A stretch of 32,000 bases of DNA, from positions 450,001 to 482,000 of the forward strand of contig OZ245922.1 of assembly GCA_965229705.1 (NCBI GenBank). The letters are read 5' to 3'. The position numbers and the translations under genes were made by a program. This document shows positions 1-11,500 of the stretch, one piece after another. Every line of letters starts with the position of its first letter. Position 1 is the stretch's first letter. The notes under the pieces are model-generated. The model had not been told where the DNA came from, made no database searches, and saw only the letters and a program-made list of their open reading frames with translations. The stretch comes from Candidatus Saccharimonadota bacterium. Its GTDB lineage: Bacteria > Patescibacteriota > Gracilibacteria > BD1-5 > UBA6164.

Positions 1-657
1 TATAATTCTCAATCTCTCTACGAGTGTAGTCAGTGTCAATGAGAAGTAGTAGCTGATTTTCGTGAACAAATATCCAATATCACTATCAAAACAAAAAATT
101 ACCAAGACGGAATCCAAATCTGGAAAGATGCCTGGAACTTACTCACAGGAAAAGACCCTCAATGACAAAAAAGAAGTGAAGAAGACAGAGTCCTCAAAGA
201 GTATCTTTCATCGCAAAACATCAACTCAGGACAAGGAGATATTGTAGTAGAAAATCTCAAGAGGTATGAAAGTTCATGAATATCAAGCTCTGATCCCCTC
301 ATGAACTCAGAGAGGTATTTACAAGATGCAACTCAAAGAGAAGAAAATACCTTTCAGCAGACACTTGCGGAAAAGTTTAAAAATCAAGAGAGAGTTTCTA
401 TCACAGATATTGTGAAAGCAAATAAGCAAATATCAAATACCGCTGATATAGAAAAGAGTATTAATACGCTTTTTGAAGAACAAAAACCTTTTGCTTTTAC
501 TCAAGATGTTGCGACCCAGCAAGTACAGTCTCGCCTCATAAATATGCACTACTCACTTACAAGGTCTATCAATATATTGGAAAACATTTCTCAAAGAGCT
601 TCCAAAGTATGTGACCGACAATGAACGGGTCTCGGAAAATGTAACTATAGTAGATAA
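1..657 (+). CDS. hypothetical protein, C-terminal part (5' end outside the window)
   Basis: Frame 1 is open from base 1 to TAA 655-657 once TGA is read as Gly (in-frame TGA at 40, 163, 277, 622). Track ORF 301..624 is only its tail. No domain recognised. The protein ends ...KVCDRQGTGLGKCNYSR. Confidence 0.5.
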
Positions 658-668
658 CTTTTCAAAAA

Positions 669-1412
669 ATGCTCACAAAGAAACAACAAGAAATCCTCAG
701 AAAAAATGGAAAGATTCATAAAAAAATATTTGCAGCTATCAAAGATATGCTTGCCGTATGAGTGAGCGCAAAAGAGGTAGACCAACTCGCTCTCAGGATG
801 TGCCGCGATAGCTGAGTCGTTTCTGCTTTTACCTGAGTATATGGCTATAAATATACTCTTCAAACGAGCGTAAACAGTGTTGTTGTGCATGGAAGACCTC
901 TGTCGTCTATCATATTTCAAGAAGGTGATGTAGTAACAATAGATTTTTGAGTCAAAGATAAGGAGTATGGGATTTGTACTGATGCTGCATTTACGACTAT
1001 TATCTGAGACGCTGATACATTTCCGGAAAAAAAAGAATTTCTACGAGTATGAGAAAAAGCTCTGAAAAAAGCTCTTGCAAAAGCAACCGCAGGAAATACT
1101 ACCTGAGACATAGGGCATGCTATAGAAAAATATGTCGAAAAACATGACTATCATATTATTCGAGATCTTACCGGACATGGGGTTGGAAAGAGCTTGCATG
1201 AACAGCCATATATTTATAACTACGGAACTCCTGGTCAGTGACCAGAACTCAAAGCGTGAATGGCACTTGCAATAGAACCTATCATCGGGTATTCTTGTGG
1301 TAAAATCACTGATGAGTGAAACTGGGAAATATATGTTGCTGATGGGAGTCTTGGTTGCCAGTTTGAGCATACGATTTTGGTAACTGAGGGAGAAGCTGAA
1401 ATTATTGTGTAA
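669..1412 (+). CDS. map: methionine aminopeptidase, type I
   Basis: The table-25 translation MLTKKQQEILRKNGKIHKKIF...GDVVTIDFGVKDKEYGICTDAAFT...DLTGHGVGKSLHEQPYIYNYG...LKAGMALAIEPII...GCQFEHTILVT is a full-length MetAP. It has 10 in-frame TGA, several at conserved Gly (IDF-G-V, KA-G-M). No TAA/TAG occurs before TAA 1410-1412. Confidence 0.9.
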
Positions 1413-1421
1413 CAATATAAA

Positions 1422-2342
1422 ATGAAGTTCCAACAAGCATATACAGATTTTCTCGACTGGCTCGAAGCAGTAAAAAATAAATCTCAAAGAACTGTAGAGC
1501 AGTACGGGAGGCATCTTGAGAAATTTTCTGAGTACCTCGAAGAAAAAAACATTGATAGTTTACGCTTCGAGGTAGAAAAAATAACATTAAAACTTGCTGA
1601 GTGATTTCGGTCATATCTGTATAAAAACAATAAAAATATTTCTATCAAAACGGCAAACGCTTATATGATTACTCTCAGGAGTTTTCTCAAGTATCTCGAA
1701 AAAAAATGAATAACTTCTCTCTCCCCTAGCTCTATTGATCTCATCAAAGCCGAAGCTCGAAAAGTCGAGTTTCTCACAAATGAGGAACTAGAAAAAATAT
1801 TTGCTATCCCAAACACAAAGACACTCATAGGAAAGCGTGACAGAGCCATTATGGAATGTATTTATTCAACAGGACTGCGTATTTCAGAGCTTACCGCGCT
1901 CAATAAAAATGACATTAACTTACAAACGCAAGAATTTGCCGTGAGAGGAAAGTGAAGAAAGCTCAGAGTCGTCTACCTCACAAATACTGCTACCTGACTG
2001 ATACAAGAATATCTCTCTGCAAGAAATGATCACCTCTCTCCCCTCTTTATCAGACATAATATTAAAACAGATAATATTGATATACTCGAAGATGAAAATA
2101 TGCGCCTCACACGCTTTTTTATTACTGCAATGATCAAGTCTACAGCGCAAAAAGCAATGATACTCAAAAATGTCTCAGCTCATACGTTGCGCCATAGTTT
2201 TGCAACAACGCTTCTTTGAGCTGGTGCTGATCTGAGGAGTATTCAAGAAATGCTTGGACACTCAAGTATTACTACTACGCAAGTATATACCCATGTCACA
2301 AACCCCCATCTCAAAAATATTCATAAAAAATTTATGAAATAA
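1422..2342 (+). CDS. tyrosine site-specific recombinase, XerC/XerD family
   Basis: The N-terminal SAM-like domain reads [32 protein letters not shown]. The catalytic signature is STGLRISEL ... [12 protein letters not shown] ... [14 protein letters not shown] (R, HxxR, Y). There are 5 in-frame TGA and the stop is TAA 2340-2342. Confidence 0.85.
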
Positions 2343-2357
2343 TATAAAAAAATAACT

Positions 2358-4334
2358 ATGAAAATCATTGTCTGACTCTGAAATCCTTGAAAAAAATATA
2401 GCTCTACCAGGCACAATCTTGGTTTTTTATTCTTGGAGAAGTTTGCTCAAGAGCAAGATTTTTCCCCGTGGAAGTATGAGTGAAAATTTCTTGCTGATAT
2501 TTCTGAGGGTTTTCTCAATAGTTCTTCTAATCCGCAGGAAAAAGTCATCCTTCTCAAACCACAAACATTTATGAATGCATCATGACAAGCTCTCAAAAAA
2601 ATACGAAGTTTTTATAAGCTTTCTGTTGAAGATTTTACCATAATATACGATGATATTTCTCTAGAGTTTGGAAAAATTCGACACAGAAAAAAGTGAAGTG
2701 CTGGAGGTCATAATGGGATAAAAGATATTATACGAGTTTTTGGTGAAGCCTTTCCGCGTATAAAGGTATGAGTAGGAAATAATACTCATTATGATGTTTC
2801 TGATTGGGTGCTTTCGAAGTTTTCTCAAGAGGAACTCATAGAAATAGACTCTCACATTTATACATGAATATATGATACTCTGATGAGCTCTCTTTGTGAT
2901 ACCCCACTGAAGGCAAAAAAAGCAGAAAAAAACTCTCCCAAAAAAAAAGAAATATATTTTGTATGAATCGGCTGAATTTGAGTTTCTGCTCTTGCAAGAT
3001 ACTATCTCTCAGAATGATATACAGTATATGGAAGTGATAGTGTAAATAGTGATCTTATAAAAAGTCTTCAAAACGATGGCTGTGATATCACTATTTGAGA
3101 AGCTCCTGAGAAAATACACAAAAATCTTGAACTTTGTATTTTTTCACAGGCAGTTCCAGAGTCACAAAGTGAAATACAAAGAGCTCGCTCTCTTTGAGTT
3201 ACAACACTTTGTTATAATGTTGCTCTCTGAAATATCGTAAATCAGTATAAACTCATTGCTATTACTGGAACTCATGGGAAATCTACTACAACGAGTATGA
3301 TAGCTCAGATTTTTCAAAACAGCAATGAATCATTCAAGGCGATAGTTGGAACACTTCTCAAAGAATTTGATGGGAAAAACTTTTATACCTCTCCTAAAAA
3401 CGAATCTGTTTCTCATCTCTCTTCATCATCAAAAAATAGGTATTTCATCATTGAAGCTTGTGAGTATAAAGAGCATTTTCTTGCCTACAAACCGAGTGTT
3501 GCCGTGATAACAAATATTGAGTATGATCATGCAGATTTTTTTACTACTCCTGAAAGTTATCTCCAAGCGTATGAAAAGTTTGTAGAAAATATTGTTCCAT
3601 GAGGTTTTTGTATTCTCTACGGAAACGACACTCTCTCATCATCACTTATCTGAAAAAGGTGAGATATTCACTATATTGTCACGTATGAAAAAAACTTTGA
3701 GCTTATCACTCCTCAAACTTGAGTGCAAGAGCAAAAACAACGCTTTGATTTTCCAGAAATTATACTTCATATTCCGGGAGACCATATTATGATTGATGCA
3801 AAACTTGCGTATATAGCCTGATATTTAGCTGGGATTTTAGAGCGTAGCATGCTCGAAACTCTTGAGAATTATAGTGGAGTTTGGCGTCGTATGGAGCAGA
3901 TCTGATATACCAAGCATCATCATCTCCTTATGAGTGATTATGGTCATCATCCTACGGAGATATCTCTGACTCTTGAAGCCATCAAAAAATCTCACCAAAA
4001 CACTCCTATTCTCACTATTTTTCAGCCTCATCAGTATAGTCGTACGATTGAACTGTTTGAAGAGTTTCGAAACTGTTTTTCATATACTGATATACTGATT
4101 GTTCCAGATATTTATGAGTCTCGTGATAGTGATGAAGATATAGCAAAAATGAGTAGCAAGATTTTTACTCAAGCACTTCATCATTCGAATGCTCTTGATG
4201 GTCAGTGAATGAAAAATACCCTTCATCTTATTAAAAAATATGATAAAGAGTATTCTTGAAAAGAGCTTATTATTCTCTTACTGTGAGCGGGAAATATCGA
4301 TAGTTTGAGGTATGAGATAGAGATGGGTGAATAA
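2358..4334 (+). CDS. pth/murC: single ORF fusing peptidyl-tRNA hydrolase (about 2358-2882) to UDP-N-acetylmuramate--L-alanine ligase (about 2883-4334)
   Basis: The N-part [23 protein letters not shown]...GGHNGIKDI is Pth; all three Gly of GLGNPG are TGA (2373, 2379, 2388). A Lys-rich linker follows (MSSLCDTPLKAKKAEKNSPKKKE, ATG at 2883). MurC follows: IYFVGIGGIGVSALA...ITGTHGKSTTTSM...DYGHHPTEI. I checked every codon and found no TAA/TAG until TAA 4332-4334. Confidence 0.8.
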
Positions 4335-4346
4335 TACTTGTAATTC

Positions 4347-4943
4347 TTACTGTCTCGTCATATGACCGTCTCATTTTTCTGGGATTTCAACTATGCAAGA
4401 TTCTCCTTTTCCTCGAAACCTGTTATAGGTTCGTAAACGCAGTCTTTGTAAAAAATTTATTTTATTTTTGAGAGTGTATAAGTCTGTAAAAAACTTAATA
4501 GGTAATGATAAAGATACGTACAGACCGCATGATGATAATAGTGTCTTAACAGGTGTTTTTATAAGGTTGGCTGTTCATGAACTAGAAATATCTCACACAT
4601 GCTTTGCAACATCTACTGATACATCCAAATGTTCTCGAGAGATTGTATCTCAAGAAAAATTGAAAAGAAAAGATGGGTTTGAAACAATATACATTGCAGC
4701 ATTTCATATATCCTCTATTGTATGAGTAACACCGTGTCACATTTTTAAAAGAACTTCCCCAATATAACTTTGAGATTCAGGAGAGTACGCAGCTGCATGA
4801 GCTCAAGCATATGTCGCAAGAGTTACACCTACAGCTTTACCAATAAGTCAAGTAAACGCTGTTATTTTTTCTTTTGCTGTTAGTTTCTCTGGAGTAAAAT
4901 ATCACTTAATTGTATTTTCTTGTTGTGGTCTGATGGTATGCAT
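4347..4943 (-). CDS. hypothetical protein (198 aa)
   Basis: ATG at 4943-4941 and TAA at 4349-4347. Open under table 25 (about 8 TGA); I checked it triplet by triplet. Translation: MHTIRPQQENTIKGYFTPEKLTAKEKITAFTGLIGKAVGVTLATYAGAHAAAYSPE... No family recognised. It competes with track ORF 4468..4725 on the plus strand, which is shorter. Confidence 0.4.
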
Positions 4944-5100
4944 AAAATAATTATTATGTGTAAATATTTTATATATAATAATTATTTATTATTTGTCAAA
5001 TTTTTTTTAAAAAAAACATGTAACGGCTCAAGAAAACACCTAAAAAGCTTTTTCAGTGCTACTCCCTGTGAATACTCTGATATGTCATATTTTTGATATA

Positions 5101-6459
5101 CTACTTCTTGACTCAAATAAAGTTCTTTTCACTTACCTGACAAGCTGCAAGCATTTGTATAAAAAATCTTGAAACAAAAAATACTGAAAATAAGCTCACA
5201 ACAATTCATACTGCAAGGATAAAACCAAACCCTTTAATCATATTGATTCAAAAAATAAAGAGTATCAGAGCAACGATAAAACCCGTGATATTCGCGTCCC
5301 AAATAGCAGAAAAAGATTTCTCAAAACCTTTTCTTTGTGCACTTATGATATTCTGCCCTTTTTTGAGTTCATCTTTTATTCTTTCAAATATGAGTATATT
5401 TGCATCAATAGCAATACCAAGAGAGAGTACCAGTCAGGCAATAGATGCAAGAGTCAATACTACTCAAAATTGCTTGAGTATTGCCAGAATAATCACCACA
5501 TAAATAAAGAGTGCTACAGCAGCTATAAGTCATGAGAGTCTGTATACTCATATAAGGAATATGAGAATCAAGACAAAGCCTGTGGCTCCAGCAAATATGA
5601 TTTTTTGCAGTGAATCATTTCCGAGTCGCGCATCTATTGTCCTCTCACTTGTAAGCAATATAGGTGCTGGAACAACTCCTATATTGATATCATCTGAGAG
5701 AGCCTTTGCTGATTCTGGTGTATAGTTTCAAGTGATTACTGCTCTTCCCGAGAGAATAGGCTCATTGATATTTGGAGCGGTAAGGAGCTCTCATCATACA
5801 AAGATTGCGAGAGGTTGACCAACCAGTCTCTTGGTCAGTTCTCCAAATATTTCAGCTCACTGGGTATTAAATGTGAGTTCTACCATAGGATTAAAAGCTT
5901 CATTGTATTGCAAAGATGAATTCACAAAATATCTATCATCAAGGACTCTACCTTGTGAGTCTTCTGCCTCTATCCATATATCATCTCCGAGCGCTTCTCT
6001 TTGTTCATCACTCAAAGCGCTAAGGTCTTTGAGTTCTTTGAAGGCTATAGTCACTACTTTTCCTATTGCTGCTTTTGCTTTTTGGATATTTTCTGAGTTT
6101 TCGAGGCTCGTATTTCCCTTGAGTGGAATTTGTACAATAATATGCTCTTCTCAACCATAACTCGCATCTGTGATAATAGAGTCATTAATGTTAAGAGACT
6201 CTATTCTTTTATCGATAATAGATTTGAGTCCTTCGATGATAGATTTTTTTCTACTGACATCATATCACTCTTCCTGCTTTGCTTCTGTAAGATCTACTTT
6301 ATAATCCAGCTCTATTCACCCGGAGAGATCAAGTCAGAGTTTGTACTCTTGGTTACTTACTGGAAAGTTGATTCACAGATGATTCCATGGTAAAGCAAGC
6401 GAAAGTATGCACAGTCAAGCTATAAAAGTGCACAGGAGTTGTAGTATCAGTTTTTTCAT
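5101..6459 (-). CDS. secD: protein translocase subunit SecD
   Basis: Translation: MKKLILQLLCTFIAGLCILSLALP (TM/signal) ...LGLDLSGGIELDYKV...VTIAFKEL...NPMVELTFNTQGAEIFGELT...LSLGIAIDANILIFERIKDEL... ATG at 6459-6457 and TAG at 5103-5101. Track ORF 6353..6571 is off-frame. No secF follows it. Confidence 0.85.
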
Positions 6460-6580
6460 ATTTTTTATGGATGTAGTAGTTGTAATGATGGTCTATTTTA
6501 CAAAAAACAATAAAGGAATTATATACATAAACGAAGAAGTTTGAAAAAATACCAAAAATAATTTTTGACATATTTTATTT

Positions 6581-7639
6581 TTAGCCCTTTTTTTCTTCCT
6601 TTTTTTTTCGAGCCAACTGACCACAGGCAGCATCTATATCATCTCCCATTGTCGCGCGAATCGTAGAGACAACACCATATTTCTCCAATATTTTTTGAAA
6701 CTTCTCTATAATAAAACGCGGTGTTGTAGAGTATCCATCTGACGATGTTCCTTCTCCAGGATTATAGGGAATAAAGTTCACATGAGCGAGTCTCCCTTCT
6801 AAAAGTCTTCACAGTTCATCAGCAAGTTTGAGATGATCATTTACCCCGTTAATCATAATATACTCATAAAATATTCTCTTATTTGTTTTGTTAGTATACC
6901 TATCCAAACTCGTCATCAGTTTTTCAATATCATAGGTATGATCAACCGGCATAATCGATTTACGAATCTCATCATTTGGAGCATGGAGACTGACAGCAAG
7001 AGAGGTCTGAGGAAAATCCTGAGTAAATCTCTCTATCCCAGGGACAATACCACAGGTAGAAACCGTGACTCTCCTATTTGAGAGATCAAACTTTTTTTGA
7101 TGAGTAAAGATATCTATCGCCTGCTTCATAACATCATAGTTGAGCATAGGTTCTCCCATACCCATAAACACAACATTTCTCAGTTTACTACCCTCTGAGT
7201 TGAGTCTCCTACTGGCAAACATTACTTGTTCTACTACTTCATGAAGAAGAAGATTTTTTTGGAGTCAGAGCTTCCCTGTCGCGCAAAAAGTGCATGCCAT
7301 AGGACATCCAGCCTGACAGCTAATACATAGCGTATTTCTCCCTGAAAGATGACGCATAATCACTGACTCTATTAAGAGCCCATCCTCGGTTTTGAAGAGA
7401 AATTTTGTTGTTTGACCATTTTTCGACTGAGCTTCATGGTCGAGAGTCAGACTCTGATAAAAACAATTTTCTTCTAACAGTTCTCTGATATCTTTGGGTA
7501 TTGTTTGAATTTCAGCAAAATCTGTAATATCGTTTTTGTATATCGCGTTTTCTATCTGCGCATAACGAAAAGCAGGAATCTGGTGTTCCTGAAAAAGTTC
7601 TTTGAGACTTTTTTCGTCATGAATAGAAAAACGTCGCAT
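6581..7639 (-). CDS. rlmN: 23S rRNA/tRNA adenine-C2 methyltransferase RlmN (radical SAM)
   Basis: Track fragments 7265..7639, 6809..7222 and 6581..6781 share one frame and are joined by TGA. Motifs: CPMACTFCATG (CxxxCxxC), GMGEP, SLHAPNDE, NFIPYNP, C-terminal AACGQL. The stop is TAA 6581-6583. Confidence 0.9.
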
Positions 7640-7775
7640 AATATTGGGGTTAAGGCTGGAGGATTGTATAGAAAAAGCTTTCTATGTAAAGCAGAAAAAA
7701 TTGAGATATTTTCGCAAATTTTTATACTCAAAAATATCCTGCTTCATAGTTTGTTTTTTCTAAAGTATCTCATCA

Positions 7776-8405
7776 ATGAAATACTCCCTCACAGCTACAT
7801 CTATCGTTGAGTCTCTTGTGGTATTACTCATAGTAGTTGTTGGAGTAGTTGGTGTTTTTAGCATCATGAACTCTGCACAAAAACTTTCACAGGCAACAGA
7901 TGATCGTATAGAGGCTATACAGATTGCCCGTGATGGACTTGAAGCATTTACTAACATTCGTGATACTAACTGGCTCTTGTACAGTGCAGACTTACAAAAC
8001 TGTTGGAATACCCTCAACTATGATGCTAACTGTATTTGAAATACTTGAGACTCAACAGACATAACTGCATGATCATACCGAATTTATAGAGACAGTTCCA
8101 CTGATCGTTTTGTTCTCTCTGCATCAAATCAAACAGGTGGTTTTGTAGATCCAGATTATCGAAGCAGTTTTCAAGTATTTCTCGATGATCGAAAACTCTA
8201 TACACAAATATCAGGAGAACCTCTAAAGTCACTCTTTACTCGTCGAATGCTTCTTGAATACTACAAACAAGATGATACTCTGTGAGACTCAGGTGATCCA
8301 AAGATGAAAGTCACTGCCATCGTTGAGTGGAATAATAGCGCCAAGCAGTCACCAAGCATTCTAGAGATAGATATGCTCCTCACAAACTGGAAAGAGAATC
8401 TTTAG
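7776..8405 (+). CDS. pseudopilin / type IV pilin-like protein
   Basis: The N-terminus MKYSLTA|TSIVESLVVLLIVVVGVVGVFSIM has a short leader, Glu at +5 and a hydrophobic helix, like a prepilin N-terminal domain. 4 in-frame TGA were checked. The stop is TAG 8403-8405. Confidence 0.5.
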
Positions 8406-8410
8406 GAAAG

Positions 8411-8543
8411 CTCTGAGAAACTCCTTTTCCAAAGGAGAAGAATCTATTCTCCCTTATCAAGGGAGGGGTTGGGGGAGGGTTATATATTCTAGAGATGGCT
8501 CGATAGAGCCAGAGAGGATTAGAAATTTTTCTATTTTTCAGAA
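8411..8543 (+). repeat. family A structured intergenic repeat, copy 1 (MITE/REP-like)
   Basis: It matches the reverse complement of 22686-22833. Exact shared runs include aaggagaagaatctattctccc and gggttatatattctagagatggctcgatagag (32 nt). The left end is ctctgagaaac. It contains GGGAGGGGTTGGGGGAGGG (8461-8479) and several hairpins. The right end is degenerate, so boundaries are approximate. Confidence 0.8.
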
Positions 8544-8548
8544 CTTCT

Positions 8549-11500
8549 TTAAGCTGCCCTCTTTGACTTTCCTATAGTATCACTCGCCTTTCCTTTAATA
8601 AGATCTGAGAGTGTTTCAGGATCTTCTTGTTTTTCCGTATCAGTAAAAATATATCCTCATTTTCCATCGCTTCTGGTAGGTCTCTTATAACTAATACCGT
8701 GAATTTCATAATCAATAACTTGCCGAACAAGCCTGTCTAAGAGGTCTTTGTTTCCTCATTTTTTAATACTCTCTACATCAGCTCAAGCATCTACCATTTC
8801 ATTAAAATATACTCCCCAATGGTTCAGTGCTGTATGGTATCATGTTGGAGCATTAAAACTCTCTATCCCTCGTCAGGAAGTATAAGTACCCAAAACAGCT
8901 GAGATAAACTCTCGCAGGTTATGTTCCAAGAGCTTTTCCTGCATCTTTCTCGTTTTTTCAGGATCTCCAGGATAATAATCTCTTTTGGGAATAGCTTTGA
9001 ATTCATTCTCTATCTCCTTCCACATAATTGGTCATGCCTCGTGCTTTCTCCAAATACCATCATTTCATTTTTCAAGAAGTTGTTTTGTAGCTCTATATAA
9101 ACTCACTCATGATGTTCCTGCCATTGCAAATGCATCTGCCATAAGCTCTTCATTTGCGCCATAGTTTCCATCTGCATATATATATCACTGCATTTTCTCA
9201 TAATACTGGCGAAAAATGGGTTCTTCATCTTTTTCAAAGAATATCATCTTATTGTGTTTATCTTCTGTATTTCAGGTATTGAGCATATACAAAATATTCG
9301 TCAATATCTCACCATATTCCTCATAAAATGTAATTGTTTCTCGTTGTTTTTGTCGTTCGTCTATTTTTTCATATCTGTTATCATAAATCCTTCTGGCTTT
9401 TTTTTCTATTCCACTATGTCCTCTTGTTTCAAGACGAGTACATATCTTCATAATGGTATCATTGAGAAGGTCTATATCAGCCCTATAAGACATCATCCTG
9501 AGCATCATAAGCATGCGTGACTCACCTGGGAACCTCTTTACCTTATCAAGAAGGTTTTTTTCATAATTGTACGCCATACCAGAAAACACCATCACAAAGG
9601 GTATCATATTCATCTGCTTCATTGTTCCTCACTTATCTGTCACGCTCTCAAGCCATCCAAAAGCATTGGGGTAGTTTCCTGACTCAAGCTCTGAGAGTCC
9701 TCAGTCAAGTCTATCCTTAATATCACGCTCGTTTCCACCGTCTTTTTTCCCTGTCTCGTACTCTTCATCTTTTCCCTGTCCTCTTTTTGCCTTGAGTTCT
9801 TTATCAAGTTTTGACCGACGAGAAACACCATTGTATCATCCGGGAGCAGTTTGCTTTTTCATGAGCATATATACCAGCTCCTCTTCTGTGGTATTTTGCT
9901 TTGGATCTCGGTTATTTTTTGTATGTACATCTTTCCAGTTAGAGTCTCCAATGCGGCCTCACATCTTTTGATACCAAAAATATTGTCCCTGATATTTATA
10001 CAGTTCCTTAGCGCAAAGAGCACCATACTTTTCAAACATATAAAACATCCCTGCTTCTTTTTTGTACTCTGGTGTGCGTGGATCTTTGAGCCAAGACTCG
10101 ATCATGCGTGTCGCAATTTTTGAGTTGATATCTTTGAGACGAGTGATGATCTCGTCCATATTTTTTTTCTGTGTTTGTTCAACGCGGGAAACAAGGTCGG
10201 TTCTCGAATCTCACAAGAGCGGTCAAAATACTGAGAGTGCAAACTTATTTGCTTTATCATCTTCTGACTCAGTGAGCATGTTTTTTATTTGCTCAATACC
10301 CGTCTGTCATCACTTTATTGCAGCAGAAATAGACATATTTTGAAAAAACCAGTTCATCAAACCAAATTTTGTTTCTGGTGTTGGTATCCCTGCTATTTTT
10401 TCTTCTTTTACTTTTTCCTCGTCGATGCTTCGAAACTCAAGCTTATTTTTACGAATATAGTGATCTAGTACTCATGCAGTGATGTAGTAGTCTCTATTTT
10501 CTACGGCAAATATTTCTCATTTTTCATCTCATTTTTTAGGTGCTTTCTTCTGTGTTTTTGCTTCTCAAAAACTCACTCGTATCATACTCCCTTCGATACC
10601 GTGAATCTTGAGAAGTTCTTGACTCGATGAATCCTTCTTTGGAACAAGATAGTCATAATCTATATTGAGCTTTGTTTTTTTATTTTTTATTTTTCCTTCT
10701 TGAAGTTCGAAGCTGCTCCAAGAAGTATATGTATCATCTGTTTGATGAAAGAGCTCTCAAAAATCGTTTATTTTTGAGACACGCTGTGATTTCTTCTTTT
10801 TAAATGCTGTGAGAAAGTCATGATAATCAATAATTTCACTGTTTCCAAGTCATTTTATTGTGATTTTTTGATTGACTTCGTCAATATCTTGCACCGAGTA
10901 AACATCTCATTTTCCTTCATCTGTTACAAAGTTCACTCCTGTTTCAAAACCATGTGTCTCTCAGAGATGATCATACTCATTGAGAGCATTTTTGAGGACT
11001 GTCAGGTTATTTGCCTCAATGCTTTCTATCAAAGACATTTTTTCTTCTTTGAGTTTATAGAGCTCTTTGAGTTTTGCTGCTGAACTTTCTTCACGAGAAA
11101 GTCTTTCTTGATCTGCGTGTTCTTGGGCTTCATAAAGAGTTATGCCTGATGAAAAATCAGATAGTGGAATACCTTCATCCATGAATTCCTTATAAGACTC
11201 TATCTGCCTATTGAGTTCGTCTATTTCTTGAGAAATTCATAACCGAGACTCAAAACGACCGTTCATATTTTTGTCCGTTACTTCTCAGGCACGAATCTTG
11301 TGATCTAATATCTCAGGAGAAGCTATCTCAACACTTTTGAGGATATGTCCCTTTGTAGCAAAATCGACAAATTCACTATATGTTTGTCGTGATGTTTTTA
11401 CATTTCTCGCTGAATTATCATATATATCTACTCATTTTTCTGCTATAGTAAATGTTCCTCCTGTTCACAGAGAAACAATATCGGCAAAAAGTGTTACGGC

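Noticed and set aside
4468-4725. Plus-strand ORF 4468..4725 (TTG start) as the gene in the murC-secD gap.
   Set aside because: The minus-strand table-25 ORF 4347..4943 is more than twice as long, starts with ATG, and runs in the same direction as secD. Neither ORF has a recognisable family, so confidence stays low.
5243-6393. Plus-strand ORFs 5243..5503, 5335..5535, 5831..6160 and 6130..6393, and minus ORF 6353..6571.
   Set aside because: They are antisense or off-frame relative to secD, whose frame carries clear SecD motifs from ATG 6459 to TAG 5101.
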